Below, piece by piece: positions 40,611-49,081 of a stretch of 64,000 nt of DNA (within the stretch, counting starts at the first letter, position 1; each line of letters opens with the position of its first letter). The translations under genes and the position numbers were made by a program. The stretch is taken from NCBI GenBank assembly GCA_029856045.1, contig JAHQWG010000047.1:1-64000 (forward strand). The letters run 5' to 3'. The stretch comes from Promethearchaeia archaeon. Lineage in GTDB: Archaea; Asgardarchaeota; Lokiarchaeia; Sigyniarchaeales; SOKP01. The notes beneath the pieces were generated by a model. That model made no database searches. It saw nothing but the letters and a program-made list of their open reading frames with translations, and had not been told where the DNA came from.

Positions 40611-41054
40611 TTAAGGCATTTGTTGCAACAAATCTTTTTTTAAAAAATACACATTTTTTGATTTACATTCAGGACATACTAAAGATTCTTTATTGATTTC
40701 TGATGCTTGTTTATCTTCCCATTCGTTCATACAATTCAAACAACCGTATCCAAAAAAGAATTTTTTTATTCCGATGGAACCACCTGCAATTCGAATTGCC
40801 TTACCGTGTATTAATGCCTCTGCAATTTTTTTATGGGCCAAATCTAATACTCGAGAGAAAGTAGGTTGTGAGATATTCATCAGTTCAGCACATTCTATCT
40901 GTGTTTTTCCTTCATGATGTTTCAATCTCATTGCCTCAAATTCTGCAACAGTTAAAATTACTTCAAAACCTTTTTGAAAAGTATCACCGTGGGGTCTAAA
41001 ATACGTAAAATCTGGAAATTTTTCAATGTGGCGAATTCTATGAGGTCTTCCCAT
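40611..41054 (-). CDS. DUF134 (UPF0251) predicted DNA-binding protein with a C-terminal Zn-ribbon
   Basis: MGRPHRIRHIEKFPDFTYFRP...LTVAEFEAMRLKHHEGKTQIECAELMNISQPTFSRVLDLAHKKIAEALIHGKAIRIAGG is the DUF134 sigma-region-4-like pattern. C-terminal CLNC...CPEC. Confidence 0.75.
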   Translation of the reverse strand: MGRPHRIRHIEKFPDFTYFRPHGDTFQKGFEVILTVAEFEAMRLKHHEGKTQIECAELMNISQPTFSRVLDLAHKKIAEALIHGKAIRIAGGSIGIKKFFFGYGCLNCMNEWEDKQASEINKESLVCPECKSKNVYFLKKDLLQQMP

Positions 41055-41327
41055 ATCCCATCATTTAGAAATATAAAATTACTATTTTTTTTTTTTTAAA
41101 AATTTAATACTTACTATCTTTTTATCTATACAAGTTATAAATTAAAAATTTATATCTTATAAAATAAAAAAGTATTATCAAACTTATTATTTTAATTATT
41201 TATAGTCAGATTTTTTATTAATTCGGCACCTCTAAGAAATAAAAAATTAATTTTTAATTAATAAGTCATTGAAGTAAAATATTTAATAGTTCTCACATAT
41301 TTCATCTTCAAATTTTTAACTTTTAGG

Positions 41328-42512
41328 GTGTTTAGTATAAAAATTGAATTAGCAGATCGTGTTAAAAAATTACCTGAATACATTTTTACGGCAATAAAAG
41401 AACTCAAGTTGAAAAAAGAAAGAGAGGGAATGGATTTAATTTCACTCGGGATAGGAGATCCAGATTTAACAACTCCCGAATTTATACTTAATGAAATGAT
41501 TGAACAAGTTAAATTACCAAAAAATCAGAATTATCCAGCAAGTATGGGAGAGGAAGATTTTAGAACTGCAGTAGCTAATTGGTATAAAGTACGGTTTGGA
41601 TTGGATTTTAACCCCGAAAATGAGATTTCAAATTTAATAGGTGGAAAAGAAGGAGTTGCAAATATAGCCAGAGCTTTTATTAACCCGGGCGATATAGTTT
41701 TATGTCCAAATCCTGGGTATCCGGTTTATGAAAATGGTGCCACAAAATTCTGTGATGGTAAGCCATATCTAATGCCATTATTAAAAGAAAATAATTTTCT
41801 TCCGGATTTAGAGATAATAGAGACAAATATTCTCAGAAAAGCTAAAATGATGTATTTAAATTACCCAAATAACCCAACTGGGGCGATTGCACCAATAAAT
41901 TTCCTTAAAAAAGTTGTTGATTATGCGGAAGATTATAATTTTTTTATTGTCTATGATAATCCCTATTCTGAATTCACATTTAACGATTATATCGCCCCAA
42001 CCCTTTTACAAATTAACCAGAATCATATAGAGATTAACTCTGCTTCAAAAATGTTTTGTATGACTGGATTTAGATGTGGTTGGGCAGCTGGAGATGATTA
42101 TTTAATTAGTGGATTAAGGAAGATAAAATCTCAAATTGACTCAGGGTGTCCTATTTTTATCCAGAAGGCTGTTATCAAAGGTTTAAATGAATATAAATCG
42201 GAAAAAAAACCAAAATTTGTGGAAAAAAATATGAAAATATATGAAAAAAGACGAGATGTCTTAATAAATGGATTAAATGAAATTGGATGGAAAACTGAAA
42301 AACCACAAGCAACTTTTTATGTTTGGACACCAATCCCTCCAGGTAAAAAGAGTTGCATGGATTTTGTGAAAAATCTGATAGAAGTTGGTGTTGTTATTAC
42401 TCCAGGAATTGGATTTGGTCAATATGGAGAAGGTTTTGTTAGATTTGCGTTAACTCAACCAATAGAGAGAATCAAAGAAGCATTAGAAAGAATTTCACAA
42501 ATTATTAATTGA
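41328..42512 (+). CDS. Class I/II PLP-dependent aminotransferase (aspartate/LL-DAP aminotransferase-like)
   Basis: NSASKMFCMTGFRCGW (SxSK PLP-lysine motif) and N-terminal LSLGIGDPDL. 394 aa, GTG start. Confidence 0.8.
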   Translation: MFSIKIELADRVKKLPEYIFTAIKELKLKKEREGMDLISLGIGDPDLTTPEFILNEMIEQVKLPKNQNYPASMGEEDFRTAVANWYKVRFGLDFNPENEISNLIGGKEGVANIARAFINPGDIVLCPNPGYPVYENGATKFCDGKPYLMPLLKENNFLPDLEIIETNILRKAKMMYLNYPNNPTGAIAPINFLKKVVDYAEDYNFFIVYDNPYSEFTFNDYIAPTLLQINQNHIEINSASKMFCMTGFRCGWAAGDDYLISGLRKIKSQIDSGCPIFIQKAVIKGLNEYKSEKKPKFVEKNMKIYEKRRDVLINGLNEIGWKTEKPQATFYVWTPIPPGKKSCMDFVKNLIEVGVVITPGIGFGQYGEGFVRFALTQPIERIKEALERISQIIN

Positions 42513-42567
42513 AGTTTAAAAAAATTCCTGATAAAAGATTTCTTAATACAAAATAGGATGTAAATTT

Positions 42568-43245
42568 ATGTCTAAAGACCTATTATTCGAAATGTATCTA
42601 GACCATTTTAGAGAAAACTTTAATAAATATACAAGAAAAGCATTTCGACTGCTTCCTGAATTGGAAAATCCACGTATTCTTGATATAGGGTGTGGTTCGG
42701 GTGTTGCAACTATTGAATTGGCAAAGTTGAGTAATGGTGAAATAATTGGAATAGATATCGACCAATCTCTCCTAGATAAACTGAATAGAAAGATTGATGA
42801 AAAAGGCTTTTCAAATCGAATGAAAGCTTTAAAATGCTCTTTATTCGAGATCGATTTCCCTGATGATAGCTTCGATATCATCTGGTCTGAAGGTTCAATA
42901 TTTATAATTGGTTTTGAAACAGGTCTTAAGGAATGGAGTCGGTTACTTAAAACTAACGGTTTCTTAGTTGTCCATGATGCGAGAAAAAATATTTCAAATA
43001 AGCTTAAGAAGATACCTAACTATGGCTATAAACTTATAAATTATTTTTCATTGCCCGAGGATGTTTGGTGGACAGAATATTATAATCCTCTAGAAAAACG
43101 AATCAAAGAACTACGTAAAAAATATGATAATGATCCAGAAACTCTTAAGATATTTAAAAAGCATCAAAATGAAATAGATATGGTTAAAAAGAATTCTAAA
43201 GATTATAGCTCAATATTTTATATAATGCAAAAATTAATCCATTAA
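42568..43245 (+). CDS. Class I SAM-dependent methyltransferase
   Basis: ILDIGCGSGVATIELA (motif I GxGxG). Confidence 0.7.
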   Translation: MSKDLLFEMYLDHFRENFNKYTRKAFRLLPELENPRILDIGCGSGVATIELAKLSNGEIIGIDIDQSLLDKLNRKIDEKGFSNRMKALKCSLFEIDFPDDSFDIIWSEGSIFIIGFETGLKEWSRLLKTNGFLVVHDARKNISNKLKKIPNYGYKLINYFSLPEDVWWTEYYNPLEKRIKELRKKYDNDPETLKIFKKHQNEIDMVKKNSKDYSSIFYIMQKLIH

Positions 43246-43339
43246 GATGTAAAATTCAAAATTATGTTAAACAATTAAACAAAACTAAGAATTGGTTTTA
43301 CTTCAATATTAATTGGAACTTTTGTTGTTTCTTTTAATT

Positions 43340-43714
43340 TTATTTTTTTATATTTTTAATACTCTCTTTACCATTCTTTTTTCTCTTTTTACTCAAGTCC
43401 AATACCTGCTTCATCTTTTTCCGATAATCTTCGAAGGCGTTTCTTCCCACCCCAGTGAGTTTATACATTGTATGTGGCTTTTTTCCCTTGAATTCCTTTT
43501 TAACTATGATATAGTTCGCATCCTCGAGTTTGCTCATGTGCGAAGATAAATTACCATCTGTCAGACCAGTTTGCCCTCTTAAAAATACGAAATCTGCTTC
43601 TTTGCTAATATATAGATACGCCAAAATCATTACGCGGGCGGGCGCGTAGAATATTTTGTCAATGTCGGTTAGAGATTTCAGTCCTTCACTGCTATTTATT
43701 TCGTTTTCGCTCAT
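43340..43714 (-). CDS. Winged-helix transcriptional regulator (PadR/ArsR-like)
   Basis: 124 aa. ARVMILAYLYISKEADFVFLRGQTGLTDGNLSSHMSKLEDANYIIVKK fits wHTH. Basic C-terminal tail. Confidence 0.5.
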   Translation of the reverse strand: MSENEINSSEGLKSLTDIDKIFYAPARVMILAYLYISKEADFVFLRGQTGLTDGNLSSHMSKLEDANYIIVKKEFKGKKPHTMYKLTGVGRNAFEDYRKKMKQVLDLSKKRKKNGKESIKNIKK

Positions 43715-43718
43715 TGAT

Positions 43719-44351
43719 CTACTCCTCTTTTGGTAATGGATATTTTCGAAAAAAGCGGATTAAAACTACAACTCCCATAATTAATATAATACTTCCCGAA
43801 ATACTAAACGCTATAGCAAAGTGAAAAGGGCTATCGATAAAGGGGTGAATTAGTTCAGAGACAAGCAAACTTAATCCCATAACTATCGCCGTTATATATA
43901 ATCGTGGCGTTTTTAAAAAATAGGCTAAACCACTCATTGGTAAAGTTAAGAATAATAAACCTATGACTAACATAGTAAGTATGGGGTCTGTTTGAATCCC
44001 AAATGGTCTTATTAGCGTAAAAATGAATATAATAAAGGTGATGATTACATTGATTAATAGAAATAACAATAACCTTTTGCTAGTCGGGCTTGTTTTAACG
44101 CTGATTTTAGCAATACCTGTGCGGGGAGCGGCAATATATTTCTTAGCAAAGTAATAAAATGGGAACGCTATCGAAATTATGATAGAATATAATAAAACAA
44201 TATTCCAGGGTAGTGGGATCAACTCCCAAAATACTCCAAAAAATCCCATTCCAATGAATAAAATTGCTAAATAAATATCTAATATCCCATCTTCGCCGCT
44301 AGTCTTGAAAATCTTTTTCTCAACCGTCTTTAAATCGATATTTTCTTCCAT
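43719..44351 (-). CDS. Membrane protein, paralog A of a tandem pair
   Basis: 210 aa. N-terminus DLKTVEKKIFKTSGEDGILDIYLAILFIGMGF is nearly identical in pattern to the next gene. Confidence 0.45.
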   Translation of the reverse strand: MEENIDLKTVEKKIFKTSGEDGILDIYLAILFIGMGFFGVFWELIPLPWNIVLLYSIIISIAFPFYYFAKKYIAAPRTGIAKISVKTSPTSKRLLLFLLINVIITFIIFIFTLIRPFGIQTDPILTMLVIGLLFLTLPMSGLAYFLKTPRLYITAIVMGLSLLVSELIHPFIDSPFHFAIAFSISGSIILIMGVVVLIRFFRKYPLPKEE

Positions 44352-44360
44352 TTTTTCATC

Positions 44361-45017
44361 TCATTCATTAATTGGCTCACTATTTTTTAACGGATATTTT
44401 TTAATAAATCGAGATAAAACAACTAATCCCATAACTATTATAGACCCCCCGGTAATGCTAAAAGCTATGAGGCTATCAAGAGGGCTACCGACTACGGGAT
44501 AAAAGATTTCGGTGAGAAAAAAACCCAACCCCAATACTATTGCAATTATGTACCAGCGAGGCGTTTTCGAAAAATAAGCTAATAAGCTTATAGGTAGAGC
44601 AATGATACCTAATCCAATAGATAACGTAAAAATAATTGGATCAATTTGAACGAATTGAAATAAATCTAAAAACGTCAAAATGAAAAAGATAAAGGAAACG
44701 ACTACATTAATACTTAGGGTTATTACTAATTTCTTCTTGGTTGGACTCGTTTTTACGCTGAGTTTAACGATACCCATACGGGGGGTGGTAATTTTTTTCT
44801 TGCCTATGATTAAAAATGTAAATGCAAAAGCTATTAAAATTAAATATATTCCTAAATATCCCATAACTCCAGGCAATATATCACGAAAAAGTGCTTGTAT
44901 CCCCAAGCTCATAAATAAAATGCCAAAATAGATATCCATTAAACCATCCTCGTTGGTTGTTTTAAATATTTTTTTATCGAGCGCCTTTAAATCAACATTT
45001 TCAGCCATATTTTCCAC
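44361..45017 (-). CDS. Membrane protein, paralog B of a tandem pair
   Basis: 218 aa. DLKALDKKIFKTTNEDGLMDIYFGILFMSLGI and a C-terminal PLK motif are shared with paralog A. Confidence 0.45.
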   Translation of the reverse strand: MENMAENVDLKALDKKIFKTTNEDGLMDIYFGILFMSLGIQALFRDILPGVMGYLGIYLILIAFAFTFLIIGKKKITTPRMGIVKLSVKTSPTKKKLVITLSINVVVSFIFFILTFLDLFQFVQIDPIIFTLSIGLGIIALPISLLAYFSKTPRWYIIAIVLGLGFFLTEIFYPVVGSPLDSLIAFSITGGSIIVMGLVVLSRFIKKYPLKNSEPINE

Positions 45018-45019
45018 AT

Positions 45020-45262
45020 TTAACTTATATTTTTAACTTGTATAATATTGCCGCTTTTATACAATTTTGCTATCTTATTTACTTTTACGAGATAATATAT
45101 CAAAAACCCGATTATTACCCCATTAACTATTGTAAATAAAAATCCTAATAATTCGTTTGCAAAAAACATGTTAAATGGCATCTCCATACATACAAAAATG
45201 CACGTAAAAGACGCTAGAGCAAGCAATTTGCGCTCTTCTTCGCTGTATTCTTTTTTTACCAT
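45020..45262 (-). CDS. Small membrane protein
   Basis: 80 aa with two hydrophobic helices. Upstream (5') of the paralog pair on the minus strand with a 2-bp gap. Confidence 0.3.
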   Translation of the reverse strand: MVKKEYSEEERKLLALASFTCIFVCMEMPFNMFFANELLGFLFTIVNGVIIGFLIYYLVKVNKIAKLYKSGNIIQVKNIS

Positions 45263-45386
45263 TCTTTTCTATTCACCTCCTTTTTCATTATCAACTTTCA
45301 TTTCCATTGCCATGCTTAACCGAAACGATCAAGAATCGACGGAAATAAAAAAAAATAAAAATTGGTATTTATTAATTTTTCAGATT

Positions 45387-47075
45387 TCACTCTAACTTAT
45401 TCAATTTCTTCATGCCAAAATATAACAGTGGAAGGCTAACCCCAATATTGTAGAGAAATACACTCCCATGCATAATAAACATCATTGATTCGCCTGGTAA
45501 TCTCAGGAACATGTCCAACATAATTCCCAGACCAATCGGCAGAAATAATAATGGTTGCAGTAAAAGCATTGATATCATAGTGTTTCCTTTCATTTTTGAG
45601 TCTTTTTCTCCAAATGCAGGAGATATACATTGAATACCCATAGCTGAACACATGGAGATTTGCGAAAATGCCAAAAACTCGCCAAAGAAGATCACCACTC
45701 TTACGATATCGAGATTTGCCAGAATTGAGAATATAGTTGTAATGACAGTTGCTAAGATAATGTTAAATACAAACAATGCTAACAAGTATGAATAAACAAG
45801 TCCTTTTAATCCTCTTGGAGATCTTTTGTAAACCCATATTAGATCTTTAGAATCGACGAAAGCTAGATGTCCGAGAATTATGCTTCCTATGCCTCCACCA
45901 ATTGCAATTAACATTGCTGTTCCAAATCCGAATCCAAAGATATCAGATGCCATACTTGAGATAAACCATGTCATAAATCCTAGAAGACCGACTACATAAG
46001 CAACTCTACCTAAGTTTGCTTTTTTCCTAAAAAACCTCTTTAACTGCATGACAATTAAGCCACCCCACTTGCGCCCTGACGCTTTTCTTACGAGCTTATA
46101 AAACGCATTTTCGTGTTCAACAACAGTTATACTGCTCATCTCGCCTTCACCTTCTAAGCTATAAAAAGATTCAGCTTTTTTATAAGAAACATATAGAATT
46201 GCTAATGGAACGCTGACAGCGAGTAAAAGGTTAACCCATATATTTAAAATGAATGCATCAAGTAAAATCGGATCTATGCTATACAAGATAATATTTGAAT
46301 ACCACAGAGATGGGTAAAACGCTAACCAATTTTTAAGTTCGGGATGTGCCATCAGTTCGTTAAGGAAAAACATTACCCCATACATTATAACAATCGAGAC
46401 AATCGTTAAAACCCATATTAACGCCTTTCCATAATCTCTTGCTTTCTCGCTCTTCGAAATTTTATGTTCAATCCAACTCGCTATAATTGAACCAACCAGA
46501 TTAGCAAAATATACGGTTGCAAAAACACACCCGTATATCGCCACATATTGTATGAAAGTCAAATCTATGATAGGATTTATCAAACCAACTACTATTGGAG
46601 CAAATATTAAAACAAACATCGTATATATCGGCATCTTACCTAAAAATTCTCCTAGAAAGATGTCGTTTGGCTTAACAGGTGTCGCTAACAATGATTCTTT
46701 AAAACCAGTTTCGCTTCTACTATACACATTGTTTAACGGATACATCAAAAGAAATAAAAACATCATCATCATAATCGATTCGATGAGTATCGCAACAACA
46801 GGTTTGAAAATATCGGAGTATTGCACAGCTAAAGTCGGCATAAACAAATCAAATAGGAGTGGTGCGACTATAAACGCCCACAAGAGTAGTAGCGAATATA
46901 ATGAAGTAAAAAATAATATTCGATGGTTTCGGACGCCGCTTGTTCTAATTCTTATCTCGTTTTTCGCAATAGGCTTCCATAAACTCTTCTTTTTATATCT
47001 TATATCAATTGTGCGTTGTTTACTTTCATCGCTGACAGAAGTTTCCAACATTTCTTCTGTGGTTAATAATGTCAT
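45387..47075 (-). CDS. ABC transporter permease (large polytopic)
   Basis: 562 aa, more than 10 TM helices. Start is 7 bp downstream of the ABC ATPase stop. Confidence 0.55.
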   Translation of the reverse strand: MTLLTTEEMLETSVSDESKQRTIDIRYKKKSLWKPIAKNEIRIRTSGVRNHRILFFTSLYSLLLLWAFIVAPLLFDLFMPTLAVQYSDIFKPVVAILIESIMMMMFLFLLMYPLNNVYSRSETGFKESLLATPVKPNDIFLGEFLGKMPIYTMFVLIFAPIVVGLINPIIDLTFIQYVAIYGCVFATVYFANLVGSIIASWIEHKISKSEKARDYGKALIWVLTIVSIVIMYGVMFFLNELMAHPELKNWLAFYPSLWYSNIILYSIDPILLDAFILNIWVNLLLAVSVPLAILYVSYKKAESFYSLEGEGEMSSITVVEHENAFYKLVRKASGRKWGGLIVMQLKRFFRKKANLGRVAYVVGLLGFMTWFISSMASDIFGFGFGTAMLIAIGGGIGSIILGHLAFVDSKDLIWVYKRSPRGLKGLVYSYLLALFVFNIILATVITTIFSILANLDIVRVVIFFGEFLAFSQISMCSAMGIQCISPAFGEKDSKMKGNTMISMLLLQPLLFLPIGLGIMLDMFLRLPGESMMFIMHGSVFLYNIGVSLPLLYFGMKKLNKLE

Positions 47076-47082
47076 TTGAAAT

Positions 47083-47850
47083 CTACCTCGATTTTTTGTT
47101 TTTTTTCTTTCTTTTTCTTTCCTTCTTATTATTGTATTCGTAATTATTAGAGTTTTCGTCTCTCCAAGCTAATAAATCATCGATATGAGACGCACCGGTA
47201 ATTTTTAAGTACGCTTCTTCCAAGTCTTTAGCACCAACAGATTCAATTATTTCTTTTGGAGTACCTTCAACTTTTAGTTCTCCGTCAATAATAATACCAA
47301 TCATATCGCATAATTCTTCAGCCGCATCGAGAAAGTGAGTACAAATGAAAATGGTCTTGTCCGCTTTTTTAGCGAGTTCAGAAATAAGGTCTTTTACCAT
47401 TCTGGCAGCAGCAGGGTCTAAATTCGATGTCGGTTCGTCTAAAAAGATTATTTCAGGATCTTGGATCAACGCTGCACATAAACAAACCTTCTGTTTCATA
47501 CCCCTAGAATAACTCTCTAAAAGATCGTTTTCTCGACCTTCTAAGTCAAACATCTCTAATAACTCATCAATGCGAGTGGAAATCACATCTTTCGGTAAGT
47601 AATACAACTCACCGATAAATTCTAAGAATTCTCTCGCACTAAGTTTAGAATATAAACCAGGAGATTCTGGTAAAAATCCGCAAATCCTTCTTATATCATC
47701 GCTTTGAGTAATTAAATTATACCCGCCAACCGATGCATTCCCAGAAGTTCTAGAAATAATTGCGTTAAGTACTCTTACAGTTGTGGTTTTACCTGCCCCA
47801 TTTGGTCCTAATAGACCATAAGTTTTTCCGTAAGGAATCTGTAAATTCAA
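47083..47850 (-). CDS. ABC transporter ATP-binding protein. The real N-terminus probably extends to about 47930 (no canonical start; see finding)
   Basis: Walker A GPNGAGKTTT, signature YSRGMKQK, Walker B IIFLDEPTSNLD, H-loop. The in-frame upstream ITESYAIRTQNLTKNFGNVLAVNN contains the A-loop aromatic residue but no ATG/GTG/TTG. Confidence 0.85.
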   Translation of the reverse strand: MNLQIPYGKTYGLLGPNGAGKTTTVRVLNAIISRTSGNASVGGYNLITQSDDIRRICGFLPESPGLYSKLSAREFLEFIGELYYLPKDVISTRIDELLEMFDLEGRENDLLESYSRGMKQKVCLCAALIQDPEIIFLDEPTSNLDPAAARMVKDLISELAKKADKTIFICTHFLDAAEELCDMIGIIIDGELKVEGTPKEIIESVGAKDLEEAYLKITGASHIDDLLAWRDENSNNYEYNNKKERKRKKKNKKSR

Positions 47851-48174
47851 ATTATTAACTGCAAGAACATTCCCAAAATTTTTTGTAAGGTTTTGGGTCC
47901 TTATAGCATAACTTTCAGTAATTTTTGACCACCTTATTTTTTTTTGATTTTTTGGTAATTTAATTTAATTTATAATTATAAAGCACTCTGTGATATATAA
48001 GGCTTTGCATCCCAAAGTCATTTGCAATTATTAATTTTTTTATTAAAATATTTACTTCCTTTCTAACGTCCAAAATTAGGGCGTAAAAATATTTATCATA
48101 AAAAAGAAACAAGATTTTCAGAATTAAAACGAAAATTTAAATAAAATGATAAAAAATGGCATTTTATTAAAGAA

Positions 48175-48371
48175 ACTTAAACAAAATTCAGAAGAGTCTC
48201 TTGGAATTTTTTTTTTTCATTTCTCGATTTTATTGAATTTTCCAGATCTGACAATTCAAAGGGGAAGATATTTTCAAATGCACGAGTTAGGAGTTCTTTA
48301 TATTTTTTCTTATCATATTGATGTTTTTTGGAGTCGTACAATTCTGTGAGGATCATTTTTTTATACGCCAT
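48175..48371. repeat. Direct repeat copy A (about 195 bp, about 85% identical) of the PolB2 3'-end coding region at 49082-49278. Retains a 64-aa ORF (48177..48371, minus strand)
   Basis: DNA alignment by eye. Encoded MAYKKMILTELYDSKKHQYDKKKYKELLTRAFENIFPFELSDLENSIKSRNEKKKFQETLLNFV versus the PolB2 C-terminus AHKKVILSELYNPKKHQYDKEKYKELLTRAFKNIIPFELPDLENSIKSRNEERKLQKTLLNFA. Confidence 0.8.
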
Positions 48372-48373
48372 AT

Positions 48374-49027
48374 TTAATTGAATGTTTTAATTAGCCTGAC
48401 ATAATATATTATTATTAATGTTATTAAAAAACTGAAGAAAATAAGGATAAACGGATAAAAAATAAAAAAAAATAATATTGGGAAATATTCTAGCTGATAG
48501 AAACGAAAAATTTGTAATAAGAATACATAAAGAACAACTATTAATAAAAAAATTCCAATGTTTACTCTTCTTTGATATTTATTATAGCATTTTTTACAAT
48601 AATAGCCCTTAGTTGAAAAAAATGTTTTGGGTTTAATGAATTGTCTATTTTTATTCCTAAATATTTCGTTAGAAATAATAACTCCGCAACCTCTACAAAA
48701 TGTTTCATTTCCTAATTCTATGTGAACTTTATTGCTTACATTTCTATAATAACGGATGTGATATATTGATGCATTCTTTCTCATAAAATATGATAAAAGG
48801 AACTTAATGATACAGAGTAAACAGACGGAAATCCATAAAAAATCTACTACAACTCTAGGATCATACATAATAAAGTTAAAACTCTCAAGATGAATAAAAA
48901 GAATTAAACAACCTAATATAGTCAATATAGTATAGAGAATAAAAGCAAGAATTGGTTCAGATGAACCATATTTTTGTTGGGGAATTTCTTTAAATTTTTG
49001 GACTTCCTGAATTTCAATTTTTTGCAT
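48374..49027 (-). CDS. Membrane protein with a CxxC...CxxC zinc-ribbon, bracketed by the PolB 3'-end duplication
   Basis: 217 aa. TM helices at both ends, central CRGCGV...CKKCYNK. Confidence 0.4.
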   Translation of the reverse strand: MQKIEIQEVQKFKEIPQQKYGSSEPILAFILYTILTILGCLILFIHLESFNFIMYDPRVVVDFLWISVCLLCIIKFLLSYFMRKNASIYHIRYYRNVSNKVHIELGNETFCRGCGVIISNEIFRNKNRQFIKPKTFFSTKGYYCKKCYNKYQRRVNIGIFLLIVVLYVFLLQIFRFYQLEYFPILFFFIFYPFILIFFSFLITLIIIYYVRLIKTFN

Positions 49028-49081
49028 AGCTCACATTCTTTTTAGTAAATAGGCTATTTAATAATTAGCATTCTTAACAAA

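Noticed and set aside
42543-42881. 112-aa minus-strand ORF overlapping the start of the SAM methyltransferase
   Set aside because: Overlaps a gene with a clear GxGxG motif. Translation is low-complexity.
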